Source of the DNA: an uncultured archaeon
GTDB taxonomy: Archaea > Asgardarchaeota > Lokiarchaeia > Sigyniarchaeales > SOKP01
Direction of reading: 5' to 3'
Length of the DNA: 64,000 nucleotides
NCBI GenBank assembly: GCA_964486045.1
Contig: CAZALK010000001.1
Coordinates: 680,242-744,241, forward strand
The position numbers and the translations under genes are program-made. The notes under the pieces were generated by a model. That model was given only the letters and a program-made list of their open reading frames with translations, was not told the DNA's origin and searched no databases. Positions 50,167 to 60,638 of the stretch are shown in pieces (within the stretch, counting starts at the first letter, position 1; every line of letters begins with the position of its first letter).

Positions 50167-52242
50167 CTAAAATTTTTCCAACTCTTGATCTTCTTGAGGC
50201 TCAAATAAACCTGAATGAGGTTCAAGGAAATGATTTTGACACATTGGACAAGAATTATATTTTGAAAGCCAAAAAGCTACACAGAGATAATGATATGTAC
50301 TACCACAAAAAGGACAAGTTATCACTTTATCTCTTGCAAAGTTTAAATTTTTATGGCATACTGTACACTGGACATCCGATTCTGTTACACCTTTTCGCAC
50401 TTTTACTCTATTTGATAATATCGTTTCCAATTTTGATAACTCAACTTGATAAAGTCCCAAGGAATTATTTAAGTGATTTATTTTTGAATTGATTTCATTA
50501 ATTCTCTCTCTCAATTCATCTTCGGTTAGTTTTTCTGCCAAAAATGAAGATAAGGCAAAATTTAATGGTAAATCTTCAAAATTCTCAGTTTGTTCAGTTA
50601 TTTCGGTAACTGTTGCAAATAAGATTCCCTCTTTATCAATTAGCTCCTTAAAACTTTTAAATAGCTTATTTATTAAAAGAGAAATAAGAAAAGTAAGTTG
50701 TTGTCTTTTTCGATTAAAATTATCTTCCCATAATTTAATGATTTGATAAATATCAATATCATGAGACTTGATGGAATCTAATCTTTTATACACATCATCC
50801 TTAATATTTTGAATTTTTGAATTATATTCATTTAAAATCTCTTTAACCTTTTTTAATTGAGGGAATTCTTCCCGGATAATAATAGACGTTTCATCCTCAT
50901 AGTTTCTTATCAGCTCATTAATTTGTGTAATCTTTTCGGTGACAAATCTCCGAATAATAACTCTTAGCTCCTCATCTTTTACAGTTTTTATGAATGTTAA
51001 ATATTCACTTTTCCTTCTAAAAATTTCTGAGGTTAAATTTGAGAAGATCTTTTTCAATGATTCTGTAATATTTTCATAAGGTTTAAGATAAGGTTCAAGG
51101 GTTAAAATCCAATTTTCCATATCATCGATTATTCCGGAGAATTCTTCAATTTTCTGATAATAAAAATTAGCTATTTCTTCAAATTTCTCAGATTCGATTA
51201 CATCCTGAATTTTCTTCTGGAATTTCTTTTCTAATCCTTTAATATATAAATCTACTATTTTCGGTAAAAAATTGCTTATTTTCTGTTTTTTAAGGGCATC
51301 AATATCTAAACTTTCTAGATTCTCGTTTAAATCAAAATCTTCTAATTCAACAAAAATATTCCTTAATCTATCAATTATAAAATCTTTAAGTAAAGGATTA
51401 ATGAATTTTTTTAAATTTTCAATGACTTCTTTCCTTTCAAGGATATTTATAAACTCTTCTCCTTGGTAAATTTCAAAGCCATTATTCTTGTATAAGAGGT
51501 ATATCAAGTCAGTATAGTATTTAATTTGTGTTTCATCTTTCGATAGATAGAATTGATAAATTTCATCAAAATGAAATGTTTTGATATTCTCTTTCTTTGC
51601 TTTTTTTACCTTTCTACTAAAAACTTCATTTAAGCTTATGATAAAATCTTCGAGATCTTTAATCTCATTCCAATTCTCCATCCCATTTGGTAAGACATTT
51701 AACTTGAAATTAAGATTTTTTACCTTGTTGGCCTCAATCCAGAGAAAAATTTCATCATTATAAAGATTCACCTCTTCTTTTAAGGAGCTTATTACATTTG
51801 AGGCAACATCATTACTCTGATGAAGTAGATCTTTCGTGGTAGTTAATAAAGAATCTAAATGAGAAAAACTATTTTTAGTAAATCTCTTAATATTCGAGCA
51901 ATTTGAACTTATATTTTTTAAATTTTCTATTACACGATTTAATTCTTTAAGAATTCGTGATTTTAAATGATAATAAAGATAGGTTTTTACTCCGGAAGTT
52001 GTTCCTACTAAATATTGATCAAAAAAAGTTGCTATTTCATTTAAATAATTAGAATAGAGTTCAAAAACATTTTCTGGTATATTTAGTTTAGTAATTATAT
52101 AATCATTTACTTCTGACGCTTCTGCTTTTTCGGATTTTAGCCTGGTTAGAGTTTGTTTTATTTCTGTAATTTCTTCCTTACTAAAACTCGAAATATCTCT
52201 ATTAACATTAAAAGTATTATCGATTAAATTCATTGAGTTCAA
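50167..52242 (-). CDS. Long helical protein with C-terminal RING finger (putative E3 ligase)
   Basis: CTVC...CPFC...H..C...W....CPMC (C4HC3). Confidence 0.8.
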   Translation of the reverse strand: MNSMNLIDNTFNVNRDISSFSKEEITEIKQTLTRLKSEKAEASEVNDYIITKLNIPENVFELYSNYLNEIATFFDQYLVGTTSGVKTYLYYHLKSRILKELNRVIENLKNISSNCSNIKRFTKNSFSHLDSLLTTTKDLLHQSNDVASNVISSLKEEVNLYNDEIFLWIEANKVKNLNFKLNVLPNGMENWNEIKDLEDFIISLNEVFSRKVKKAKKENIKTFHFDEIYQFYLSKDETQIKYYTDLIYLLYKNNGFEIYQGEEFINILERKEVIENLKKFINPLLKDFIIDRLRNIFVELEDFDLNENLESLDIDALKKQKISNFLPKIVDLYIKGLEKKFQKKIQDVIESEKFEEIANFYYQKIEEFSGIIDDMENWILTLEPYLKPYENITESLKKIFSNLTSEIFRRKSEYLTFIKTVKDEELRVIIRRFVTEKITQINELIRNYEDETSIIIREEFPQLKKVKEILNEYNSKIQNIKDDVYKRLDSIKSHDIDIYQIIKLWEDNFNRKRQQLTFLISLLINKLFKSFKELIDKEGILFATVTEITEQTENFEDLPLNFALSSFLAEKLTEDELRERINEINSKINHLNNSLGLYQVELSKLETILSNRVKVRKGVTESDVQCTVCHKNLNFARDKVITCPFCGSTYHYLCVAFWLSKYNSCPMCQNHFLEPHSGLFEPQEDQELEKF

Positions 52243-52345
52243 ACCTATATCAGATACATTGTGCTTTATAAAAGAAAGATGCTATACAATTAATAATTAA
52301 TGACTAAAAGGTAATCTCTACATTTTTAGAAAAAGAATAAAAACT

Positions 52346-52960
52346 TTATTCTCCCACTTCTTTTATTTCAACAAATTTTTCTTTAGAACCAGTTTTAGTG
52401 ATAGTTAAAATATCTACACCGTTACCAGACATTGCATCTCGTGCAATTGTATTTATGATTGTTTTTTCTACTAATTTTTCCCCTGCTGCTACCGTCATGC
52501 CCGGTTTGTATTCTGCTTCTAAAATTCCCGTGGAAAGTAACATTCCTGTCCCTACCGCACCATAATCATCAGGCATTATACTCCCAATTTGATCAAAAGT
52601 GTATAAATCAGGCCCTTCTTTATCCATTCCTGCGATTACTACGATTGCCACTAAAGGTGCCATTTTTCTCGAATATAAATAATTACTTATCATTTTACCC
52701 ATACTTCGTGTAGAGATCCTCTCTCCAGCATCTAAGAGGTATAGATTTGCCTGCGCCCGTAGGATTCTAACTAAAATTTGGAAATCTCCGATAAGTCCAT
52801 AGCATGCTAACCCTATATGGTCAGTAATCTTAAAAACCTTTCTTGTAGCCTTATTAACTACGGTATAACCCCACGTAGCTCTCCGATCACTGCCCATAAC
52901 TACACCATCCTTACATTTAATAGCAACCGATGCCGCTCCTGGAACCATTATCTGTGACAT
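52346..52960 (-). CDS. psmB: Proteasome beta subunit (probably non-catalytic)
   Basis: DGVVMGSDRR, RKVFKI, GLIGD, ARDAMSG; GAAS replaces GTTT. Confidence 0.93.
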   Translation of the reverse strand: MSQIMVPGAASVAIKCKDGVVMGSDRRATWGYTVVNKATRKVFKITDHIGLACYGLIGDFQILVRILRAQANLYLLDAGERISTRSMGKMISNYLYSRKMAPLVAIVVIAGMDKEGPDLYTFDQIGSIMPDDYGAVGTGMLLSTGILEAEYKPGMTVAAGEKLVEKTIINTIARDAMSGNGVDILTITKTGSKEKFVEIKEVGE

Positions 52961-53169
52961 TCTTGATCAGTTCTCCTTTTACAATTAATTAAATTGAATT
53001 ATTAAGTTATTTTTGATATTATAAATAAGCAGAACTAATTAAAATTTTTCTTTTAAATTATAACATATAGCAATTAACCTCAATATATTAAAGATTTTTA
53101 TTCTACTCTTTCAATAACCATTTTTCAATTTTCGATTTGTTAAATGATCCCTAGATTGAAATTATTTTT

Positions 53170-53570
53170 TACTTCTTATTCCAATTATTATATAATGTTT
53201 ATGATCATACATTTTATCATATGAAATTTAATAGGGATGATTCAATTTAACTAAAGATTTTTTAATTTCCCTTTAAATTATAATAAAAATGAAGTTAAAG
53301 AAGATTTACTCAATAATACAATTTGAATTATTGTGTGCCTAACAAAATTACTTCATATTTTGCGAATGATTAGTCAGTGAATGATCACATAATTTATGAT
53401 ATTTTTTTCACTCATGATTCTCAGTTTCAATTAAAAATTTTTCAATTCCCCTTTAAATTATAATAAAACCAATCCTAACGAGTCTTTACTCAATCTTGAT
53501 ATTCGAACAATTTTGTTTCTATAAAAATTAGTTCATATTTTTTGAATGATCAATAATTCAATGATCATAA
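53170..53570. repeat. Diverged non-coding tandem repeat with exact 180-bp period (about 2.2 units)
   Basis: ATGATCA at 53201/53381/53561; CTTTAAATTATAATAAAA at 53271/53451; TTTACTCAAT at 53305/53485. Confidence 0.85.
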
Positions 53571-53769
53571 GTGATAACTCTTTAATTAAAACTATAATTT
53601 TTTGTCGTGATTTTTTTTTCATTTAACTCTTCATGTTCTGCTGATTTAGTCAAAAGATTTAAATAACTCTTCAGACATTATACTATCTAAGACACTTTAA
53701 AAATAAACTTAAATAAAATTAAAAACTGAAATTTTAAAATTTTACACAAAAAATTTGGAGGAATAAAAA

Positions 53770-53988
53770 ATGGCAAAAAAGAAACATTCTTTCGCATGGA
53801 GCCCAATTCGTCGATTGATGAAGCAACAAGGCGCTTCTATCGTAGCTCGTAATGCAGTTGATTTATTAATTGATCATTTAGAGAAAACCGCTTCTGGTTT
53901 GACTGAACAAGCAAGAACCTTTACCATGCATGCGAATAGAAAGAAAATCACTAAGAATGACTTACTCCTAGCAATTAAATACGTCTAA
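53770..53988 (+). CDS. Archaeal histone
   Basis: SPIRRLMK..GA..V...A...L, HANRKKITKND..LA; SD GGAGG. Confidence 0.95.
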   Translation: MAKKKHSFAWSPIRRLMKQQGASIVARNAVDLLIDHLEKTASGLTEQARTFTMHANRKKITKNDLLLAIKYV

Positions 53989-54253
53989 AAAAAATAAATA
54001 GACTTATAGGATATTTTTAACATTTTTTCTTTTTTTATTTAATTATTTACTTTTAATAGATCTTATTCTTTTATCCTATCAAATTAGTAATTTGGTTTTA
54101 AAATAAATGTTAAATACAACATGTAAACAATCTAATAATATTAATAAGGATAAAACTTGAATAAAACTATGAAGACTCGATTTTCAAATGATTTTGATTG
54201 ATTGGATTTATCAAAACACTGAACAAAGAATCTATCAATAAAGATTTTTAAGA

Positions 54254-55474
54254 TCAGTTAAACAAAAGTTGGATTAATTGAGCTGCTTTTTGAGCCCCAT
54301 TAGTGTCGATTTGTGGATATTCTATTTCTTTACCAATATTGCTTACGATGGTATCAGCTAAAATTTGTGATGTAACTTCAGGGAAATGCATTTCCACTCC
54401 AATTTTATTTTTGCTCAATCGCTCTGCAATTAAATCTTGCTCAAAATGTTTTTCGAGAGGAAAATAGAGAAAATTTTTTTTCAGAGCTGTTAATTCTGTA
54501 GTTGTACTTCCTCCACATTGAGTTATAACAAGATCACTAGCAGCAAAGTGCTTATATAGATTAGGGATAAATCCCTTCACTTTAACTCCATTTGGTACGC
54601 TTATAGATTCTGGGGGGATATTTGGACCACATATTAGGATCATTTGTAAGTCAGAAATTTTTTTTTTAATTAATAAATAAGATTCTGCGCAAAGTTCTAA
54701 TAATGCTTTACCAACACTTGTTCCACCAATTGTACATATTACTAATGGATCTTTACCATATCCCAATTCTTTACATATATTTACTTTATTCATAAATTTA
54801 TCAGGTTCAAAGGGAATAATGTTACCCAAACTCACAAAATTTAGAGCGTCGAATAACTTACGAATATTTTCAGAAGGAAATCCAAAAAGAGCCCCATCAG
54901 GGAGATCATTATATTCACCAACAAAATAATTGTGCACTAAATTTCCGTAGTCAAATGTTTTATCCCTTAAAAAAAATTCATCATTTGCCATTTTTATCAA
55001 CTCGGTTTCTGCAGGGTTGTCTGACCCAGGATAAGCTCCTATAAAATCATAAATCGCAACAAGGGGAACATCCATTAAGGGTTTATTCTCTCTAATAGCA
55101 GTCTTTACAACATTAGTTATTTGATAAGTTTCATCTCCTATGATTAAATCAAATTTATACTTGTTAATTAACTCCTTGAAAATGTCAACAGATTTTGCCC
55201 AATGTTGCAAAACCATGGTTAGATATTCAAATAAATTTACTTGAAATGTAGTACTCACATTTTCCATTATTATCGTTTCATTTGGGTATTGACTCGCTTC
55301 AGGTAGTAATGTTTCACCAGCATTCTGTAAAGCTAAACTTGCGGGTGGAGCAGCAAGCCATGAAATTTCTACATCTGGAATGATTTTATATAATTCCTTA
55401 GTGATCGCGAGATCTCGAGATGCATGTCCTAATCCTACAGAAGCACAAATAAACAAGATTTTTTTATTTACCAT
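54254..55474 (-). CDS. GT-B glycosyltransferase (GT28/MurG-like)
   Basis: GLGHASR, TIGGT, DLVITQCGGSTTTE, HFEQ. Confidence 0.88.
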   Translation of the reverse strand: MVNKKILFICASVGLGHASRDLAITKELYKIIPDVEISWLAAPPASLALQNAGETLLPEASQYPNETIIMENVSTTFQVNLFEYLTMVLQHWAKSVDIFKELINKYKFDLIIGDETYQITNVVKTAIRENKPLMDVPLVAIYDFIGAYPGSDNPAETELIKMANDEFFLRDKTFDYGNLVHNYFVGEYNDLPDGALFGFPSENIRKLFDALNFVSLGNIIPFEPDKFMNKVNICKELGYGKDPLVICTIGGTSVGKALLELCAESYLLIKKKISDLQMILICGPNIPPESISVPNGVKVKGFIPNLYKHFAASDLVITQCGGSTTTELTALKKNFLYFPLEKHFEQDLIAERLSKNKIGVEMHFPEVTSQILADTIVSNIGKEIEYPQIDTNGAQKAAQLIQLLFN

Positions 55475-55815
55475 TCAAAACACTCTCAAATTCAAAATTG
55501 CCCTCAATAAATATAGTTATAATAAGGTGATTATAATATATTGATTATTTATATAAAAATGTAATTCTATGAGCGTTAGAAAATAAACAAGGCGTATATA
55601 ATCAAAACAACATTAAGGAAGATCTTAAATACTGTATTTAACTTCTGTTTTTTAAGAAAAGCATTGAATTGATAAAATAGTCTTATTATTAAAATTATAG
55701 TTAACAGTTTGATAGCGGAGTTTAAAAATTTAATTTCAAAATTAGGAGTAACAATCTATATTTTACTGCAATGATTATTTAAATTGTTCTGCAAAAAATT
55801 GATTAATAATTAAAA

Positions 55816-56445
55816 ATGACTAAATCTAATGAAGCAGTTGTAAATGGGGAAGCCAAGAGAATCCTCTTTCAATCAATGGAGCTTATAATGAATAATATTC
55901 ATGCTAACATTGATCACTTGGATAAAAACTTTAAGTATACTCAAAAATTTATTAATTTAGTTTATGATGGATTAGAAAACAAACGTAGGTTTTTCTTATT
56001 GGCATCAGGTAGAAGCGCTTTTATATTACAATGTTTTGCTACAAGATTAGTTCACTTGGGGGCCGAGATCTACATGGTTACTAATTTAGGTTCTATGCCT
56101 GCTTTACGGAAAAAAGATATCCTAATTGTCCTATCAGGATCAGGAACCACAAGTATAGTAGTAAGCTTACTTAATAATTATGTAAACTCAGTTAAACCAT
56201 ATGGAATAGTAACAATTACATCCCACCCTGAAACCATCATTGGTAGAATCGGAGATATCACGATTAAACTTAAAGGCAGAAGTAAGAGAGATAAAGTTCT
56301 AGGAGACACAGCAGTATTAGCACCTGAAGGGACGATGTTCGAAATCGCGGCATTTTCTTATTTGGATGCTATTATAGCTGAACTGGCTATTAAATTGGGA
56401 ATATCTAATGAGGAATTACTTGAACAACACTCACAAGCCACATAA
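55816..56445 (+). CDS. hxlB: 6-phospho-3-hexuloisomerase (SIS domain)
   Basis: SGRS, RLVHLG, LSGSGTT, APEGTMFE. Confidence 0.85.
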   Translation: MTKSNEAVVNGEAKRILFQSMELIMNNIHANIDHLDKNFKYTQKFINLVYDGLENKRRFFLLASGRSAFILQCFATRLVHLGAEIYMVTNLGSMPALRKKDILIVLSGSGTTSIVVSLLNNYVNSVKPYGIVTITSHPETIIGRIGDITIKLKGRSKRDKVLGDTAVLAPEGTMFEIAAFSYLDAIIAELAIKLGISNEELLEQHSQAT

Positions 56446-56468
56446 AGTTTTAACCACATTTTCTCATC

Positions 56469-56476
56469 TTTAAATA
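56469..56476 (+). promoter_or_regulatory. TATA box for the H/ACA RNA
   Basis: TTTAAATA about 25 nt upstream of the hairpin 5' end. Confidence 0.55.
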
Positions 56477-56495
56477 CTAGCTCTTAGTATAACTA

Positions 56496-56566
56496 TGCGC
56501 CGATTTTTTAGTGTTTTTACAAGAACTCTGTTCGATGAGTAAAAATCTCCAAATCGGCGCACACTT
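56496..56566 (+). ncRNA. Single-hairpin H/ACA pseudouridylation guide RNA
   Basis: Lower stem GCGCCGATTT/AAATCGGCGC followed directly by ACA (56561-63); pocket TTTAGTG/TCTCC; upper stem TTTTTAC/GTAAAAA; apical AAGA...CGATGA K-turn; 15 nt from pocket top to ACA. Confidence 0.85.
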
Positions 56567-57438
56567 TATAACACCAGAGCTCCAATTGCTGTGCTAAACT
56601 CGGAATTTTTCAAAAAAACTGCTTTTTTCTTATTAACTCTACACATACGCGATATTAGTTTTCTAGCTATCTTGTTATTTCTTAAAAAACCACCACAGAA
56701 CACGATTGAAGAGATTTCATTTTTATCTGCCATCAAATTTGCTATGGTTCCTATATTTTCCCCGATCATGCATATTAGTGAATTAATCAAATCTTCTTTT
56801 TTCAATATATTGCTTTTAGAATTCAAAACAATCTTCCCTAGGGACGCGGCCGTAAATTCTCTAAATAATGGATCTACTCTACCGTCTTTAGGATCATAAA
56901 TGTCAGAAACTTTTAAATCTACATTATACCTATTTCCATTTTTAGCTAAACTCATGGCTTCTTGGAAGTTATTTATTTTAAATAGTGTTTTAATAATACC
57001 CATAAAAAAACCTCCTCCTAAGGCAGTACCCCCCAGATGCTTATATGAATCACTATTGGAGACTATCGATGTTCCGGTTCCGATAGTAACGATCAATGAT
57101 GTTGATAATACGTTCTTTTTTTCTAACAAATAAGTTGTTTCAGTTCCCCTTACATTAGCCTCAAATTCATTAATTAAAATCGTTTTGATATCTTTTTTTG
57201 AATAAATTTGAAATAAGTGAAAACACTTACCACCTGTGAAATTAATATTTTTAAATTGACCTATTTTCATTTCTATAGCATTCTCAATTGAATTTAGATC
57301 CCGATGTATATTAAAAAATGATAGTTTTAACTCATTATTTTCTATATAAGCAAGTTTAGTTAGAGTTTGTCCCATATCAACTCCAATTGTATCTTCTGGG
57401 AGATTCACAGTAGAAGTATCTATATTAATGTTTAACAT
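56566..57438 (-). CDS. coaW: Type II pantothenate kinase (CoaW/Fumble family)
   Basis: GVDMGQTLTK, TGG, EFEA..G, IGTGTS, GGTALGGG, G...VDLKVSDIY. Confidence 0.88.
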   Translation of the reverse strand: MLNINIDTSTVNLPEDTIGVDMGQTLTKLAYIENNELKLSFFNIHRDLNSIENAIEMKIGQFKNINFTGGKCFHLFQIYSKKDIKTILINEFEANVRGTETTYLLEKKNVLSTSLIVTIGTGTSIVSNSDSYKHLGGTALGGGFFMGIIKTLFKINNFQEAMSLAKNGNRYNVDLKVSDIYDPKDGRVDPLFREFTAASLGKIVLNSKSNILKKEDLINSLICMIGENIGTIANLMADKNEISSIVFCGGFLRNNKIARKLISRMCRVNKKKAVFLKNSEFSTAIGALVL

Positions 57439-57520
57439 CTATTCCATCACTTAACTTAAAATTCTATTCTTTCATATTTAATATTATGAATATAATGATT
57501 GAATTTTGTAAAACATTTCG

Positions 57521-58993
57521 ATGAATAATCAATCAGATTTAGAGAACACGGAAGTCGTCATAATAAAAGGTAGTTCACCACAAGAAAGTGTTTTAGAGGG
57601 CATTGAAACACTCGGTGGCATCTCTACATTCATCAAAGAAGGAGATCAAGTTTTTATAAAATTCAATTTAACTTTACCAGGTGGTTTTCCTACAAATACT
57701 AATATTGACGTAATTTCAACTTTAATAGATTCTTGTAAAAAAGCAAGAGCAGAAAAGATATATCTTGGGAGTTTTCCATTTAAAGGTGTACCAATCAAGA
57801 AGATTTCAAATTTATTAAATTTAGAGGAATTTTTTAAAAATATTGGTGCGGAATTGATTTTTCTAGACAATAGCAATTTATTTGTAGAGAAGAATATAAA
57901 GATTGAACAATTAACTAAAATCAAGGAGGAGTCTTTTTCTAGTGTTAACATAAACAATAAAGAATATTTAGTTCCAAAAATTATAATAGAGTCAGATAAG
58001 CTAATCTCGGTTAATCAAGTCAATGTAAATCCCTTATTTAAAATAAATACATCTCTCCTAAATCTCTCCTCAATTGTTTCACCAAAATACCAAGAATTAG
58101 GTGTAAGTAAAAATGAAGAGAATGAGTATATATCACAAGATAAATATAAATCTAACTTAGTTTCGAACATTCTTGACATTTATTCGGTTAAACAACCAGA
58201 TCTTGTAATCAATGATTTGTTCTATGTATTAGAGGGTGCAGGTCCATATCTTTATAAGGACTCTAATCTAAAAAAAACAAATTTGGTGGTAGTCGGGAAA
58301 AACGCCGTTTCTGTTGATACAATAACACTAAAATTATTGAATATTGGGATTCAAAATTATGATTTAATAGTAGAAGCAAATAAGAGAGAGCTGGGGATCA
58401 TAAATCTTGAGAAAATCAAGATCATTAGAGGAGAACTAGGAGAAACTAACATAGATGTCGATTTATGCGTACCTAAGCTCGAAGATATTAATGTGAAGAA
58501 TTTTAGGATAAGCTCTGGTGAATATTGTTCAGGGTGTTTTAAATATGCTTACCATTTATTAAATTTCATGAAAACCAACATGGTTAAGGACTTGAAATAT
58601 AATCCTAGTAATAATTTTCTTGTCGGTCAAAATCCACCAAAACCAGATTATTTTAGTAATATTTTACTGTTTGGCGATTGTGCCATAAGCAGTACGAAAA
58701 ATAGCAATTTTAGAATGATAAAAAAGGAATCGAAAAAAAATATAGTAGATGGAGCAAAAGATAAAATTTTAAAAAAACAAAAGGACCAAAAAAAGCCTAA
58801 GTCTAAAATTAAAGCCAACAAAAAAATCTTGGAATTTCCAGGATGTCCACCTGATATCTTAAGCTGCCTAAATCTTATTATGAAATATTATGGAAAAAGT
58901 AATATGCCCAATTTATCCTTGCTTAAAGAGAATTTAAAAATTTGGTTTAATCCAAAGGATAAGCAGAATTTGAGAGCTATGGGGGTGCTTTAA
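57521..58993 (+). CDS. DUF362 family Fe-S protein
   Basis: LGGI..FIK.GD.V.IK.N, EG.GP, CSGC, GDCA, GCPP. Confidence 0.8.
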   Translation: MNNQSDLENTEVVIIKGSSPQESVLEGIETLGGISTFIKEGDQVFIKFNLTLPGGFPTNTNIDVISTLIDSCKKARAEKIYLGSFPFKGVPIKKISNLLNLEEFFKNIGAELIFLDNSNLFVEKNIKIEQLTKIKEESFSSVNINNKEYLVPKIIIESDKLISVNQVNVNPLFKINTSLLNLSSIVSPKYQELGVSKNEENEYISQDKYKSNLVSNILDIYSVKQPDLVINDLFYVLEGAGPYLYKDSNLKKTNLVVVGKNAVSVDTITLKLLNIGIQNYDLIVEANKRELGIINLEKIKIIRGELGETNIDVDLCVPKLEDINVKNFRISSGEYCSGCFKYAYHLLNFMKTNMVKDLKYNPSNNFLVGQNPPKPDYFSNILLFGDCAISSTKNSNFRMIKKESKKNIVDGAKDKILKKQKDQKKPKSKIKANKKILEFPGCPPDILSCLNLIMKYYGKSNMPNLSLLKENLKIWFNPKDKQNLRAMGVL

Positions 58994-58997
58994 TACA

Positions 58998-60578
58998 TTG
59001 ATAAATAAGAAATTCAAGGATAATTGGTTAAGAATGCTTAATTATAATTCCAACATTGATCTGGGAAATAAAATTAAAATAACTGATAGAAAAATAAGAA
59101 TACCACTTACACCTATAGAAGTTGATCCATATCTCCTATACCATCTTTTTAAGATTTTATATCCCAAATTTATCAATGACCATAATAACATTTTAGATAT
59201 AATAATATCTAATGATGGAAAGAATGTTATTAGCTCATATCTATATGAAACCAAAAAAGCAGGAATTCATGAGTCAATCGAAAAACTACCGCATGATATA
59301 TTTAAGTTTCATAAAAAGGATCTTGATGATATCAACAAATTTTACAGAAGAATTTTAGATGGTTTAACTAAGAAGAAGGGAATAAGAGTCTCATCAATTC
59401 GGATATTTAAAGAAAAAGCCATTGAGCATATTAATCGATATTGCGTAGATATTGAAGATACTCCTTTCGATTCATTATTATCGGAAGCCTGTGATCTGAT
59501 TCAGACATTACTTGAGCAGGAATTATTTATAATTTACCCTGAACCTAACTTGTTAAGATATTTAAAGGAATTGATAGAATTTCTAAATGGTAATCAACTA
59601 AGCCATCTTATTAAGTTAAGTTATACGCTTCTCCCTAAATTTAATATTGCTATTATTTTTGGGGCTCAGGATTTAACGATAATCCTACATTTGCAAAAAA
59701 TTGAAGTTTCAAAATCAGTTACACCCTATTTGAGAATAAAATTAATAACCACAGACGAATTGGGAATAAATACCGAAGATATTAATAAAAATGAAATAAC
59801 CGAACTTGTTCAGCAACAAATACAACCCGAAAAGACTTATTATATAAATCAAGTTGACGTTATTTCACTTTTAACTGAATTAGTCAATTTACCGGTTAAT
59901 CTGAGAGAAGAGAATTTGGTGCTTTTGTTACAGAAAATCTTATTTGGATTTAGAAGTTTTGAGAAACATTGGCTCTTAAGCCCGAGACCAATTATTTATA
60001 ATAACTTATTAAGATTTTTTGTAAGACTCTTCGGATTCAATATAAATCTTCGAAAGATTTCTCATTGGGCAATACCAGATCTAATCTTCAATATATTTAG
60101 AAACAACTTTGGATTGAATTATAAGATTTTAGTTATTATTTCAGACATATCTGGGATGGAAAAGCAAAAATTAAGCAATTGTAAATATTTAGAAAAGGCT
60201 GCTAAGCATCTGTTTATTTTTGAGATTGAAAATAATACATTAATAAAAATAAATTACATAAAAAAGGAAGATTTATTTACTAATGAGCAAATTGAATCCT
60301 TTGAATCAATAAGGTTAAGATCCTCAGAAAAATATGGTTATCTGTCAAATATCATTGTTCTCGACAAGGGTTTACTTCAAAGTTTTATAAGAAATTTTAT
60401 GTTTGAACATTCCAAGATTGCCCCACGCTCCAAAATAAGAACCTTGAAGATGCTCAAAAAATCGAAATTTTTCTATATGTTCCCTGAACTCCCGCTCTAT
60501 AAATTAATTAAAAAGAAAAGTACAATTTCACTTATAAAACTCCTACTCCCAATTATAATTGACAAACATGAATTTTAA
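58998..60578 (+). CDS. Hypothetical protein
   Basis: 526-aa ORF coupled to the DUF362 gene; no recognised motif. Confidence 0.7.
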   Translation: MINKKFKDNWLRMLNYNSNIDLGNKIKITDRKIRIPLTPIEVDPYLLYHLFKILYPKFINDHNNILDIIISNDGKNVISSYLYETKKAGIHESIEKLPHDIFKFHKKDLDDINKFYRRILDGLTKKKGIRVSSIRIFKEKAIEHINRYCVDIEDTPFDSLLSEACDLIQTLLEQELFIIYPEPNLLRYLKELIEFLNGNQLSHLIKLSYTLLPKFNIAIIFGAQDLTIILHLQKIEVSKSVTPYLRIKLITTDELGINTEDINKNEITELVQQQIQPEKTYYINQVDVISLLTELVNLPVNLREENLVLLLQKILFGFRSFEKHWLLSPRPIIYNNLLRFFVRLFGFNINLRKISHWAIPDLIFNIFRNNFGLNYKILVIISDISGMEKQKLSNCKYLEKAAKHLFIFEIENNTLIKINYIKKEDLFTNEQIESFESIRLRSSEKYGYLSNIIVLDKGLLQSFIRNFMFEHSKIAPRSKIRTLKMLKKSKFFYMFPELPLYKLIKKKSTISLIKLLLPIIIDKHEF

Positions 60579-60638
60579 AGAGGAAAGAGTAAGTCTAAAA
60601 TCAGTGAAATAATTAGCTACATTGATGAGGTAATCATA

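Noticed and set aside
56496-56561. Hairpin as an intrinsic terminator or SECIS element
   Set aside because: The ACA box, pocket and TATA fit H/ACA better; no in-frame UGA selenoprotein in the flanking genes.
60596-60637. Possible minus-strand C/D sRNA (ATGATTA...CTGA) after asd
   Set aside because: Imperfect C box, only about 42 nt, no D'/C' boxes and no recognisable guide.
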